Assembly: GCF_006345805.1 (NCBI RefSeq) | Contig: NC_042999.1 | Location: 138,570,001-138,634,000, forward strand | Reading direction: 5' to 3' | Source: Octopus sinensis | Taxonomy: Eukaryota | DNA length: 64,000 bases | Part shown: in pieces, positions 36,129-49,451 of the stretch | Layout of the letters: each line of letters opens with the position of its first letter | Position numbering within the stretch: the first letter of the stretch is position 1 | Notes under the pieces: generated by a model | Told to the model about the DNA's origin: nothing | The model's database searches: none | The model's input: the letters and a program-made list of their open reading frames with translations, nothing else | Position numbers and translations under genes: made by a program

Positions 36129-36528
36129 TCTTTATATATAAAAGTAAGGGTGTGTGCTGTCTGTCTCCTACGATTTAGATTCCGGCATAGTTTCGGTTGT
36201 AGTAGGCATAGTTTCGCCTAGATTCCTAACTACTCCCACATTTTGCGGTGCAGTTTAACCAAAACCGGGTATCTTATAGTCGTGATTCATATCGAGCCCT
36301 TCTGGGTATTAGCGCGCGTCTACGATTTAAAAAAAAAATTACCATCTTTTTTTTCCATTTAAATGCATTTTTTCGCTATTATATAAGGGAAGTAACTCTC
36401 TAAAAATGTCTACGATGAGTCAACGATTTTAAAAAAAAATTACCATCATTTTTTTGCTATAACTCTCTAAAAATGCTTATATAGTTATTTCCCTTACAAA
36501 CCCGAGCAACGCCGGGCGATACTGCTAG
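36129..36528 (+). mobile_element. Non-autonomous Helitron-like element (~400 bp)
   Basis: Starts a|TCtttatatataaaag; ends with GC-rich hairpin cccgagcaacgccggg (36501-36516) then CTAG (36525-36528); internal duplicated ctacgat/tttaaaaaaaaattaccatc blocks; no TSD. Confidence 0.75.
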
Positions 36529-38017
36529 CATATGTATACAATTTGTCAAAAAATTAAACCAATGTAACTCGTGCATAGTCGTTTGAGGGTTGAGGAAGAC
36601 GATTTTTGAACTAGTTTTGCCATTCACTTTCTATTATTAATAGAGGCGCACCATACTCATCCAGAGTATTTTATCAAAAATAATAAAAAATTCTATTCTG
36701 CATACGTCGTGTACAGAGTACATTTGTTACTATCAGTAGATTTTCTTCGTTATGAATGTATGAGTCTGTATGTCCACTGCATGTTGGCATGAATTGAACG
36801 GGTCAGCTCACCTTGACGGGTCCTCAATCAACTTGCTAGTGCTTCAGTTTGGTTTGGGTTCTTCTTAACATCAACCGTTTTAAAGAGTGTACTGGGGGTA
36901 TTTTTTTTTTCATGATATCAGCGCTAGACATGTGACCACGTCTTCATTGTAATTAATGGGACTTTATATCTCATGTCTCTGTTCACTCGTCCACCTCTTC
37001 ACAGTATAGCATGGATAACAATAATGAGAAGGATGTATGAGTGGAATTAGTGATAGGAATATTCAGCATTCAAGATAAGCGATAAGACTAGAATGACAGG
37101 ATAGGGAAGTGTGGCAAAAAGTTTATGGTACTCAGGACACAAAGGGATGACAAAGTCACAGGATATACGTGAGGAAAGAAATAAGAATGTGACAGTGATA
37201 CAGGGTTATTGATGACAGGTAGTGCAGGAGGGGAGGGTGAAGTGGGTACAAGTTAAAGAACGAAATTAATATGAAAACATGTACAAATATATATGTGCGT
37301 ATATTTTATGTGGGATTTGTGCGAATTTGTGTGTATAAAAAAAGGGGCTGATAGGGAGGGAGATACTGCTGCAAAACATCCAAATTAAGCACTTTAGATG
37401 GTTCTGATAATCGAATAAGTTTATGTGATACATGTATTGTTCAACTATTGATGTAAATCTTGGAGAGGAAGAAGAAAAAATACAAACAAAATGAAAAAAA
37501 GAAACTAATTAGAAAAAGAAAGACTTTTAAAATTTGATAGTGGCAAATATCATGGGGTATGTAATTTAAGTTCTAAATTTTTTTTTTTTTTTTTCTGGAA
37601 TATCAGTTTTCAATAGCTTCAAAAAGAAATGAAGAGGTAAACTTCTTCAAAAAGCACAGCATGTAGGAACAGATGTTTTTGTAAGATTATGTTTGTATGT
37701 TTGTGCACACATACGTATGAGAGAGAGAGAGAGAGAGACTGCACGCATGTAACACCAAGGGGTGCAGAAAAACAATAAAAATAACTTCATAATAAGGATG
37801 GTAGAGAAAATGTTCCTAATGCTTTGCACACTCACACAGTGTCAATCAGTTGTGCACTGAGAGATGCAAACAGATGAGTACTTGCGCATCTGAAACAAGA
37901 TCTCTACCATCCTTAATATGGGGATGACATTTTAAATGCTACAGCTAAGTTGAGAGCATGCCACACAATTAAGACAGGTTGGCCCTCAAGTAGAAAATAC
38001 TGAATAACTCCTTGATA

Positions 38018-38022
<5 letters not shown>

Positions 38023-38069
<47 letters not shown>
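38023..38069. repeat. (CT)n microsatellite
   Basis: Read directly; related GA/CT tracts at 10087-10131 and 10584-10652. Confidence 0.95.
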
Positions 38070-38073
<4 letters not shown>

Positions 38074-38231
38074 CTATAAATCTTTTGAAACAGAAATAAC
38101 TAAAGTTGCATGCAGTCAGTTGCTTCATCAGTAAAATATCCATCACCATACTACTTGCTACTATCTTTAAAAATGAGGATATAATAAATTCTAAGATACA
38201 AATTTTGTAAGGAAAAGCATTACTGCTGAGC

Positions 38232-38525
38232 TCCTTTTGAGTGTTGGGCCTCAAGGAGGCAATGACCAAGACCTTTGGCATTATGTCAGGCTTGAAAAGA
38301 AGACCCATCAAGCTGAGCAAAATTGCAGTTGTGACAGATACCAGTGTCACGCAAAAGCACCCATTACACTCAGAGTGGTTGGCATTAGGAAGGACATCCA
38401 ACCATAGAAAACCATGCCAAATCAGACTGGATGCTGGTGCAGCCTTCCAGCATGCCAGCCCAGTCAAACCATTCAACCCATGCCAGCATGAATAACGGAC
38501 GCTAAATGATGACGATGATGATGAT
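38232..38525 (+). mobile_element. RTE LINE 3' end, coding tip (VLGLKEAMT) to (GAT)n tail
   Basis: One repeat unit then the terminal module, ending ggacgctaaatgatgacgatgatgatga. Confidence 0.8.
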
Positions 38526-39269
38526 ACCTACAGGCATTTATGTTGCACATCCTTTCAAATATAGGTCTTCATAGATGTATGTTGTTTGGTAACTGGCCAC
38601 CTTGCCAGTTCATTATGTGCAGGTGATATACATCAGTCTGATTACACAGACCTCTGTTATACTCTATGGCTACTTATTTTATCAACATTAAAGGATGAAA
38701 GGTGAAGTCAACCTTGGCAGGAATTGAACTCCTGAAACAAGTCATTGACCTCATGAGTCAATGATTTGTAAATCATTTGTCAACATTGAGTTCATGATGA
38801 CATAATTCTCAGAGATTCAAACCATATAGTTGTAATTGATGGATAAATAGTGACAGTTCACTAACAATTTCATTAGCTTAAAGTGCTGTGTTCAAGTCTT
38901 TCCATAAACCTGGAGTAGCTAACAGTAAACCACTCAAGAATATTCTTCCCATGCCAAAGTTGGCTGATGATTTCTAATTTATGCACAAAGCTCCCAGAAG
39001 AGGAGATGAATCAATGTCCTCAACACCAGTTCTTGACTGATACTCTTTTTTATCAACACTGAAAAGATGAAAGGCAAAGTTTGCTTCAGGAAGATTTGAA
39101 TTGAGAATGTACAGAGCCTGAACAAATTCAGCAAAGCATTTTTTCTATCACTAATGATTCTGTCGTTTTACTGCCTAAATACCAAACAGGTTTAATCTCA
39201 AGCAACACCATCAAAAGTAGTAGAAATTAAAATGATAGCACAAGGCAGTGAGAAAACCTCTATATGAGA

Positions 39270-39470
39270 TAGCTCAATCTACTAGAAATAGCATCCAATT
39301 CTCTCTCAAATCAAATCACCCCTTCCATCATAAAAAGAAAAACAAAGAACACATTTGATGAATGTAGTCCTAGATAGACAATGTCTAGAAAAAGAATGGG
39401 GTGGTCATGATTGAAATGCCTTTAATCATAGATTGATCAATAAAGTTTGACTTGTGGTTAAATAGAAATA
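39270..39470 (+). repeat. Dispersed repeat family E (ctactagaaatagcagccaaatctc...tttgatcatagg...aaacaac)
   Basis: Recognisably related copies at ~15090-15260, 45940-46130, 52240-52430 and 8620-8700 (minus). Confidence 0.65.
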
Positions 39471-41383
39471 ACATTTATTTCAAACACAAAATTTTCAATA
39501 ACACAGCTGAGATATAGTTTAAATTTCACTTAATCTTTAAAACTTTATGAAACTAAGGCTGATTTCTTTATACATTAAATACATTATGTCTGCAAAAGTT
39601 TTCTTGTTATGGTTAAGTACTCTTTCTCCCATTTGTACACACATTTTCAATACATACACACCAGTATGTTCATGCCTATATACTCACTTATCAATGCTTT
39701 TGCTCCTGCCCCACTCAACCTCACCCACACATGCTTGTTTTTCATAGAGATCATAATTAGAGATAGTAACAAGGACAATACAGAACACTACATCAAGAAT
39801 AAGTATGCTCAGCGTTTTATCCAACTGAATGAAAATACATATTTCAATGTAACAGCCAATGAACTAAATAGAAACCAACCATAGCAATAGTATAACATAC
39901 GTACTTGAGTGCAGTTAATACAAAATAGTGTCATGTCATAAGCAATGATTTAAGCAAAAGAAAATTGTGAATGTCTCTTGCAGTCTTAGAGTGTTCTTAA
40001 AGACCAGCACTTAGCACTTGTTTGCAAATGAATGAGTGATAAGAGAAATTTATCTGTTACTGCTGGAGAGGATGTGCTTGTGCATTTAGAATTCTCAAAG
40101 AATCTACTACTTATTCCTTATGCATTCATTTCATGATCTGCTTTCTCCCCATACCTCACAATCCTGCAATTTTTTCCCTGAGCTATTTGAACCTTTTGTG
40201 TAGTTAGTTATGAAATCTTATCTTTTCAAAAATAACTGATACAAGTACATATCAACTGCATCACATGTATAGTGTAAGGTTTACTACCACCAATGGGTGA
40301 TTATTAACTAAGATGAAAGAGCTCACCACACACAAACATAAAGCATAACTATTCCTTATAAGGTGTTACCCTGGTATTTCAACAGTTTTCACAGAAGAGA
40401 TTCAAATGTTACATTTTAAAATCATCATAAATTGTGTCTTATCCTTTTTTGAAAGAGGAACAATAACAAACCCATTATGGATATTTTTCATGGTCCCCTC
40501 TCATTAAAATAAATTTGAAAAAAAAAAGCTCAATATTACATAAGAAGAGTTTCAATAATTTTTTTCCAAGTATTTCAGTAATTTTTTACAAGCTCAAGTA
40601 AATGAGACAAAAATTCCTAGTGGATAGGACACTGATCTGTCTCAGATTAACTTTTCCTTCACAGATTGGTATTTAATCATTCAGTGAGACAGTCAAACAG
40701 ATTTGTGTGAGTTTGTGTGTGTATGCATATGTATTTTAAGAATAACAATACATGTGCCAAGTATTTTTAATAGCAACCCTGCCAATAGCACTTAATTCTC
40801 TTGACAACTCTCTTTTACACTAGCTAAAGATATAATTAACTCCCATTATTTTTAATGATCACATACAGTGGTGGTGTTGGTGCATAGAGTACAAAGACAG
40901 ACAAATTTCTAACAAGACACCCATAATTCACTGATTAATTAAAAAAACTTTACTTTTATTATTATCATCCTCGGAGGATTAGTGCTTCTCAAGGTCTTAC
41001 TATATTTTCTCACTCTCTCATCTGATATATATATATAATTACAGGTTATATGTTAAAAGTTAAAACTTTAAATACCATACATATGCGAACCTGCACAATT
41101 TATATAAAAACATTTACAAGTATTAATCTAGGATAGTAAGAGAATTGGCTCATTCCTAGGACTCAAACATCGTATTTATTTATTTATTTATGATCTGACT
41201 GGCCTGGTGCAGCCTTCGGGCTCCCCAGACCCCAGTTGAACCGTCCAACCCATGCTAGCATGGAAAGCGGACGTTAAATGATGATGATGATGATGTGCTG
41301 TAAATGACCATGTATGTTACTTATTACACCAGAGAAGTCCTACCATCATCTTTTGCCATTAAGCTGGCTATATAATGATTGTA

Positions 41384-41607
41384 CAGTGATCCCTCGACTA
41401 TCGCAGGTGTTATGTTTCAAAAACCCCTGCTACAGGTGAAAATCTGTAAAGTAGAAGCAGTACTGTACTGTATATTTTTTAAAAATTATTTTTATAATTT
41501 GTATATATTTATTTTATTATAAATGCAAGACACCACCACAGAGGAATCGATGTAAGCTTAAATAATAAGCTGCAATAAGTGAACCGCAATATGGCAAGGG
41601 ATTACTG
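41384..41607. mobile_element. Tigger/pogo-like MITE (224 bp)
   Basis: TA|CAGTGATCCCTCG...CAAGGGATTACTG|TA terminal inverted repeats with TA on both sides; AT-rich core. Confidence 0.8.
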
Positions 41608-42829
41608 TAAAGCCTAATTTGGCAGGGTTTCTTTGGTATAATCAGAAACTGTTGCTTGAAATGCATTAGAAATGAGGTGTCAAAGTCATGGGACAAACTT
41701 TCATCTTTTTCACTCCTAGATTGGTGTTCATAAATGTCATCGTGTGTAAGCGCAGGCATAGGTATATGATTAAGAAGTTCACTTTCCAACCAAATGGCTT
41801 TGGTATATGGAAACTGAAAGAAGCTCATTAAATGCATGTATGTGTGGCGTGTTAGCTCTTTGGTTATTTATATTTCAGAAAGAATGGGCATGCATTACTT
41901 ATAATCAGATCTTATGAATTGTTTATAAAGCACATTTTAGTAACTCAATTTGCATTGTCTTTATATATGTCATGCAAGCAGTGCCCTTTATTTCCAATCT
42001 TCCATGGAAACATGTCTGCTCATGGGGAAATATTACCTCATTTGGAAACAGGTGAGGATTGGTGACAGGAAGGACATCTAGTCATAGAAGATTCAACAAA
42101 ATTCCATCTGGTTCATGTGAGCATGGAAAGGTGGTGTGTGTGCGTGTACACACACACATATATAATAATCATTACCATCCTCATTTAACTGACTTACTGT
42201 ACTATCGTGGGCTGAACGGACTGACACAGTCCAAGTCCTTATTGGTAACTAGAAACTTTAATGTCACTACAAATACAACCACAATTACGGTCTCTTTATA
42301 CGCAAACACACATCCTCAACATAACAAAGAGTAAATCACAAAGACTAGCCTTCTACTTGAGAGCCTGAAAATATTTTAGCCTCTAGCAAAGTTCTCATGA
42401 GATTCGCAAATGGAGTACTGCACCTATATCTGAGATGGTTGCCCCACACCTCACACACTGCATGCAAAGAAAGGTCACTTGACTGATTAGCATGAAATCA
42501 CTCACCAACACATTCCCGTCTCTAATTCACAGTTATGCTGCTCCTGTGCCTTTTCTATCCTTGAAGCTAGCTGTTTTCATGCCATATACATTTAGACATT
42601 CCCAACTTATTTATCAACACTCCTCTTATCTTTTATCATTTATACTGCAGCCTCTTTTCTAGGCACCACAACAATCATATTTCTCAGCCCTTCCTTCCCA
42701 GAAATGTTAACCTGTTAACCTCTGCATGTTTCCTTGTAGTTAGTTTACAACTGTTCAAGGGAGCATCAATTTCACCAGTCTAAAAGAACCTGTGAAAGCC
42801 ATGGGTACAGACCCTTCTTCCAGAGCTTA

Positions 42830-43038
42830 TCTATTAAATAAAATCCGTTCTGTCTGTCTGTGTGTGTGTCTTCTAGGATCTCGGGCATCCTCCATCCGAT
42901 TGCACTCAAATTTGATATGTAGATACCAACGGTATCAGGGCGTGTATAAGTCTTGAAAAAATTACAAAAATCAATTCCAGGTGAGAATGCGATCGATAAA
43001 GCTGTGGGAACGTGCATTTCTACGCGCAAGTACATTAG
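42830..43038 (+). mobile_element. Second Helitron/Helentron-like short element
   Basis: a|TCtattaaataaaatccgttCTGTCTGTCTGtgtg start, CpG-retaining body, weak subterminal hairpin and TTAG|t end. Confidence 0.45.
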
Positions 43039-43435
43039 TCGAAATCCGTCTTTTGCTGGTGTCTCAAATTAAGGTGAAATCAGTGTTTCTCAAAGGGGAG
43101 GCCTATGAGATGGTCAGACAAGTTGTTTTGAGAAAATTTGGTTTAAATGTTTGATAATTCAGCACCATCCATTGGACGGGTGGGGGAGGGGGCGTTTAAC
43201 TCATGTATATGTATATATATATACTCTTTTATTTGTTTCAGTCGTTTGACTGTGGCCATGCTGGAGCATCACCTTTTAGTTGAAGAAATTGACTCCAGGA
43301 CTTATTCTTTGTAAACCTAGTACTTATTCTATCAGTCTCTTCTACCAAACTGCTAAATTACGGGGACGTAAACACACTAGCATCGGTTATCAAGCTATGG
43401 TGGGGAGACAAACACAGATACAAAAACACACACAT

Positions 43436-43492
<57 letters not shown>

Positions 43493-44304
43493 AGAAGCAA
43501 TGACAAGCAAGCTACGTACGTCTATTTACACAAAGTTACATTTAATCGAAGAGAAAACTGTAAAGGAGTGTGGATATTAAGAATACATAGTCCAACTTAC
43601 AAAAAAAATGATACTCCAAATAAAATAGGTAAAGTTTTCAGAAGTCCTACAGCTGTTTCAGGGAGCTTGACGGTCCTGATATATGATATTAGGGTCCCTT
43701 ACTGGATGACATCCTTCTTTCTTCAGGGTAAAAATTTTGTATTAAAAATTTTTAATTTGCAGTGATGGCATGATGGAGGTTAAAGATTGAATGATTTTAT
43801 AGAGAGCTACATCTATTAGGTAGTTGGAGGTGTTTAGATAGAGAGTAGCAGAAGGACGGAGGAAATATATTTCAAGATCATAATGAGGCTATTGATAGGA
43901 GTAAAGTGGTTTAGGTAATATATAAGTAGTTAAAATTTAAATTAGTGAAAAAAAAACGATGGTTATTACTGAATTAAATTGTTTGATGGCAGAAAAGGGT
44001 TGTGAAGGGTGGTTAATATTGTTCATGGAAGGAGAAATTGGGTTGGTATTTTTCAAAGTAGTGGAATTTTGATAAGTGTTGTTCGAGGAGGGCGAGAAGT
44101 TCAGGAAACAGTAGGGGTGGCTGGATTGCAAACAATAGGAATAAATTTGAGAGTTTTTGGTGAGTTTTAGGAAGCTAAGAGGAGGGTTAAAAAGTAGTTC
44201 ACTATAATATTTGTAATAAATCTGAGATGTGTGTTATATACATTTTTATTTGTGTAGGTATCTAAGGTGTTTGCATGTATGTATGTAAGCACGTGTCTGT
44301 AACT

Positions 44305-44336
<32 letters not shown>

Positions 44337-44368
44337 AATATATGTATGTGCATATATATATATATATA

Positions 44369-45070
44369 TCATCATTTAACGTCCGCTTTCCATGCTAGCA
44401 CGAGTTGAACTGAGGACTGGCGAGCCAGATGGCTGCACCAGGCTCCAATCTGATCTGGCAGAGTTTCTACAGCTGGATGCCCTTCCTAACGCCAACCACT
44501 CCGAGAGTGTATTGGGTGCTATTACATGCCACCGGCATGAGTGCCAGTCAGGTGATACTGGCAACAGCCATGCTCAAGTGCTGTTTTTTTACATACCACG
44601 TGCACAGGAGCCAGTCCAGCGGCACTGACAACGACCTCACTCGAATGTTTTCACGTGTCACTGGCACAAGTGCCAGTAAGGCAAATCTGGTATCGATCAT
44701 GTTTGAATGGTGCTCTTTACGTGCCTCCTGCACGGAAGCCAGTTAGCTACTCTGGCAGCGATCATGCTTGGATGGTGCTCTTAGCACTCCACTGGCACGG
44801 GTACCAGTCATCGAATTTGCAAATTTGATTTGATTTTGATTTCACTTGCCTTAACAGGTTTTTGCAAGCAGACTTTAGTGTCCAATGAAGGAAAGATATG
44901 CATAAGTGGGCTGGTTACACCCCTGTCATAGGCCACAGGTTATGGTCACACATGACTTGCTGGGTCTTCTCCAAAGGTCTCGATCACTAGTCATTGCCTC
45001 AGTGAGACCTAATGTTCGAAGGTCATGCTTCACCACCTCATCCCAGGTCTTCCTGGGTTTACCTCTTCCA
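44369..45070 (-). mobile_element. RTE LINE 3' end: GRGKPRKTWDEVV coding tip + ~64-bp tandem array + terminal module ending (TGA)n
   Basis: Continuous from the coding motif at ~45060 through five repeat units (44519-44808) to catggaaagcggacgttaaatgatga. Confidence 0.85.
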
Positions 45071-45091
45071 TATATATATATATATATATAT

Positions 45092-45715
45092 GGGTGCTTT
45101 TTACGTGCCACCACCACAGGGGCCAGAGTAGGCTGGCATCGACCATGATCAGTTGATGCTTTTTACGTGCCACCGGCATAGAAGCCAGTCAAGGCGGCGC
45201 TGACATCAGCCATGTTACGATGGTGCTTTTTACGTGCCACCAGCACAGGTATCACAACTACAATTTCCATTTGATTTTCATTTTGATGTTGATGTACTTG
45301 ACTCAATAGGTCTCCTAAGCACAGCAGGTCGCCCTATGATCCAAGGTACTTTTGAATGGGCCGGGGCTGGTTATGCAAAACTGGTGTAAGATACAGCCGT
45401 GAACTCACTTTATTTGCTAGGTCTTCACAGTCACAACATATCTCCAGAAGTCTCAGTCTTTCATCATTGCCTCTGTGAGGCCTAACAATCAAAGGTCATG
45501 CTTCACCACCCTCATCCCATGTCTTCCTGGGTCTACCTCCACCCTGGATTCCTTCAACTGTTTGGGAGTGGCACTTCTTCACACAGCTCTCCTCATCCAT
45601 CCGTAGTACATGACCATACCAGTGCAAACGTCTCTCTTGCATGCCAGATACAATGCTTCTTATGTTCAACGTTTCTCTCAGGGCACTTACACTCTGCTAT
45701 GTGTGCACACTGACG
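45092..45715 (-). mobile_element. Second RTE LINE 3' end (different subfamily), truncated at a (TA)n tract
   Basis: Coding tip at 45480-45700 (GRPRKTWDE-type) followed by three ggcacgtaaaaagcac units. Confidence 0.8.
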
Positions 45716-47799
45716 TCATACACACACACACATATATATATAAAATGTAGTTATGGAGTAAACATGGTCAGAAAATTTATTAATTTAATTGGCCAATATT
45801 AAAATGTATCTTACCAACTATATAAAAAAACTGAATCTATTGATTTTTGCCTCCATGAGTCTACTTAAATAGCAATTATCAGTCATATACAACAATATCA
45901 TTCACATCTGATTCACCATTTGAGAAAACCTGCATCAAGACAAAAAAGATATTGCTACCTCATCAGATGAGCTGCAGGAATAGCAGTTAAATCTCCAAGA
46001 AGCCATGCCCAATCATTTTAAAGGAGAAGATGTGCATCCACGATAATGTAGTTTTAAAAAATATGTTGATTTCTCAAATGCCTATAATTATAGGTCTGCT
46101 TAATCAAAACTGACCAGAAGCTAAAATAACAACCTGTACGACATTCCTTTCACCAGAACTAACACATACCAGACATTATATATACTCCTTCCAAAACTCT
46201 TTCTTTTGAAATTTCTTCCCAGCTTCCCGCTTACATCAAACTTTATTTCTCTATCACTATCATCATCAACTTGAACTATACATGAGATGTTGAAAATGGA
46301 TGTATCACATATCTTCTTCCATCATCAGTGTCCAAAATTTATCAACAGTTATTGTTCCATGGTTCTCTTCAGTGTTTTAACCATGGTTTTGGCAGATGCC
46401 CTTGATTCAACCTTTAGGTGAAGATTTAGCTAACAAGCAACTCTAGGCATTATAAACAGTACAGTTGTCTTCTAGCTGTCTGCGTGGTCAACCAACTTTG
46501 CAAGTCATTCAGAACATCTGAGAGTGGTGGCTGTCCAGAGATTCAGCTATAGATACAGCAACAATCCATGTATCACATAAAATGTTTTCATCAAACTCCA
46601 TATAAGTCAAATCCAACTTCATTCAACCATTCAATTGTTTGAGCTAAAAGTGAGGCTCTGGCATTATGATCAATATGTACTCTTTTTCCACAAAGTATTT
46701 AAGAAACAAACATTCTACACATCTGCCCACCTTTCTCAGACAAACATACTAACACACATGCTGACACATATAGACTCATACACATATTTATAAATATATC
46801 CAATGTAAACGCACACATACAAACACATTATACACATGAACATGCATACAGTAATGCAGAAAATACATTTGTGGTACAAAGAGATGAGCAGTTATGTGGA
46901 ATCATTCCCAAATTGTTCCAAAGAGCATGCGGGGAAAATAACTAAAATATCTGCATCAAAACAAACATGAATGTTATATAGCAATACTTTCTTGCAAATT
47001 GTACACTCATCCACCTCTTGAGTTATTTAATATATTTTTCAGAACCATTCTTCCAGAAGAAAATAAAAGAAAATATCCCAGGTCATAAATTTTGAACATT
47101 TTTAAGGTGTTAGATAGTGTTATTAGTTTTGGTCTCAGAGACACTTATTAAGTAAGTCTATGTTCAATATATTGATCAGAATTACTCTGAAGCAGAGGTG
47201 GTCAACTGCAAGTCTCCTAGTGAACCAAATCTATAACCCAAATTTAATTACTGAAACCAAAACTGAATGTAGCTTTCATTATTATTATTATTATTTCACA
47301 CTCACTAAAGTTAGACCTAATCACCCTTTGAATAAATAAATCTCACCATGAAAATTCACACAATTGAGTAGAATATATACAAATATACTGATGAGTACAT
47401 TCTGTTTAGTAAATGACAAACATTTCAGACTTGACACACTTGTAACACTACAAAGTGCATTGATCAATTGTTTTTGTACTATAAAATAAATGGAAACAAT
47501 GTGTGGGTGTGAGTGTATGTATGTTAATATTTATACATACACACACACACATGTATATATATGTGAATGAATAATAACTTTGAATTGATATTCTCAATGT
47601 CACACTCATCATATTCATCTAAGAAAAACTATTTGTATTTTTGTTTGTTGTAGTACTTAAGTTCAATAAATTATAGTACATATATTTTTACTTTTCCATG
47701 GACTTATATTTAGTTATCTTGTACTAGACATAAGCCAAAGTCTGTGCAATGTTTGCTTCATTTACAAACTGAAATACTAGAGATCATAGGTCAGAAGTT

Positions 47800-48520
47800 T
47801 ATATGCACAAACCTGTAGAATTCTTTACTACAGAAGCTGAAGAGGAGGCAATAAGAATTGATTACATCAACATCGAAGAAAAAGATGTAATGCTAGCAAT
47901 AGATGATATAAACGCAAACTCAGCTGCTGGCCCTGATGGATTCTCAACAATCCTCCTTAAGTAAACGAGTCCTTGCAAAACCATTGCAGCTACTTTTTGA
48001 GAGCTTCCTCACGAACGGTAAGCTTCTGGAAAACAAAGGAGGGAATAATAGGCCCTATCCATAAAGGAGGAAGCAGATGCAAAAAACTATAGGCCTATCT
48101 CTCTGACCTTACACATCAGCAAAGTCATAAAATGAATAGTCTGAAGGAAATTAATTGCATTCCTTGAGGAGAATGACTAACTGACTGACACTAAGCATAG
48201 TTTTTGACCAGGTACAAATGCCTGGCACAGCTCTTGCAGCATTACAACTGAGTGCTAATGCAGTTGCTCAACAACTCAAATGTGGTTGTGATATACTTCG
48301 ACTTTGCAAAAGCCTTTGACAAAGTCAACCATGGTATGATTTGTCACAAGCTCCAAAATCTTGGCATATCTGGAAAATTTGGAGAATGGCGACATGACTT
48401 TCTAAAAGATAGAAGTCAGGTAGCGGTGGCCAATGGGGCCACCTCCAAGAAAACACAAATAATGAGTGGTATTCCACAGGGCCCTGTCCTGCAGCCTCTG
48501 TTACTCATTGTGGTCCTCAT
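47800..48520 (+). mobile_element. CR1/L2-clade LINE reverse-transcriptase fragment
   Basis: SAAGPDGF, YRPISLT, YFDFAKAFDKVNH, SGIPQGPVLQPLL motifs with stops and frameshifts; ends before the YxDD motif. Confidence 0.88.
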
Positions 48521-49451
48521 GTTCAATACAATCTAAGTGAATAACTTTCAATATTCATAGTACAATTATGGTAGTTTTTTTCAACCTAGTTGATAAATAT
48601 TTCTGCTAGTATACTGCCGTTATCATTTAATGTCTCTTTGATCCCCTTGCATTGTAACTTGGGTAAGTGTCTCTGTCAACTAATTTAACATGTGTGTGTG
48701 TGTGTGTGTGTGTAAACATGAAGGGTATCTGGCTGTGAAATAATGCCTCAATAATATATTTATGTAATCTATATTAGATGGAAAAATTAAAGTAAAACAA
48801 AAAGAGAAAAAAACGAAATATATATCATTATCACCATCATCTTTTTACTTCCACTTTTCACATTGGCATGGGTTAGATCAGGATTAGTTTTTTTTTTTTT
48901 TTTTTTACTGGGAGCTGCAAGTCTTACAGAGGAGTCAGAGGACTGTGTTTTGCTTATAAGTTTCTGCTTCCTATCAATAAACACAATACAGAATGTATTG
49001 GGTTCATTTTATCATGGCCCCAGTAACAGTGGTTATAATGTCCTTGGCAAGAAAGGAACTAAAGGCAAAAATCCTGCCTCAAAATAAGACTCCTGTCCAA
49101 CACACGCTAGCATGGAAAAATAGATGTTACACACACACACATTATTATATATTAGCCACATATAAACAAACCAAACCAAACCTATCTGCAATAATATCAT
49201 GCATTACATGTTAAAATTGGGTATTTTTTACTATCTTGTGTCATAATCTGGAAAAAAAAATTAGGTTAATTAAATTTGTTCATTTATTAACCATTTTGTG
49301 ACCATATTTTTAATGGAATATACCATTTAAATTTTCATATTTGGTATGTAGGATTCTTGCTGTGAATTTATGCATAGAAACAAATTTTGTTGTTTTGGGA
49401 GAGTCACACTGCCAATAATAATAATAATACATGCACCAGTTCAATTCAATT

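Noticed and set aside
43280-43765. 161-aa ORF
   Set aside because: Made of an antisense SINE body, a (TA)n run (YIYIYI) and AT-rich filler.
44519-45253. CRISPR array (repeat/spacer pattern with palindromic repeats)
   Set aside because: Repeats are divergent, the spacers are homologous to one another, there are no cas genes, and the arrays sit inside RTE LINE 3' ends in eukaryotic DNA.
47388-47421. Hammerhead ribozyme (CTGATGA...GACAAAC)
   Set aside because: Lacks the GAAA core and a proper stem II; the CTGATGA matches near 35544 and 29618 fail similarly.
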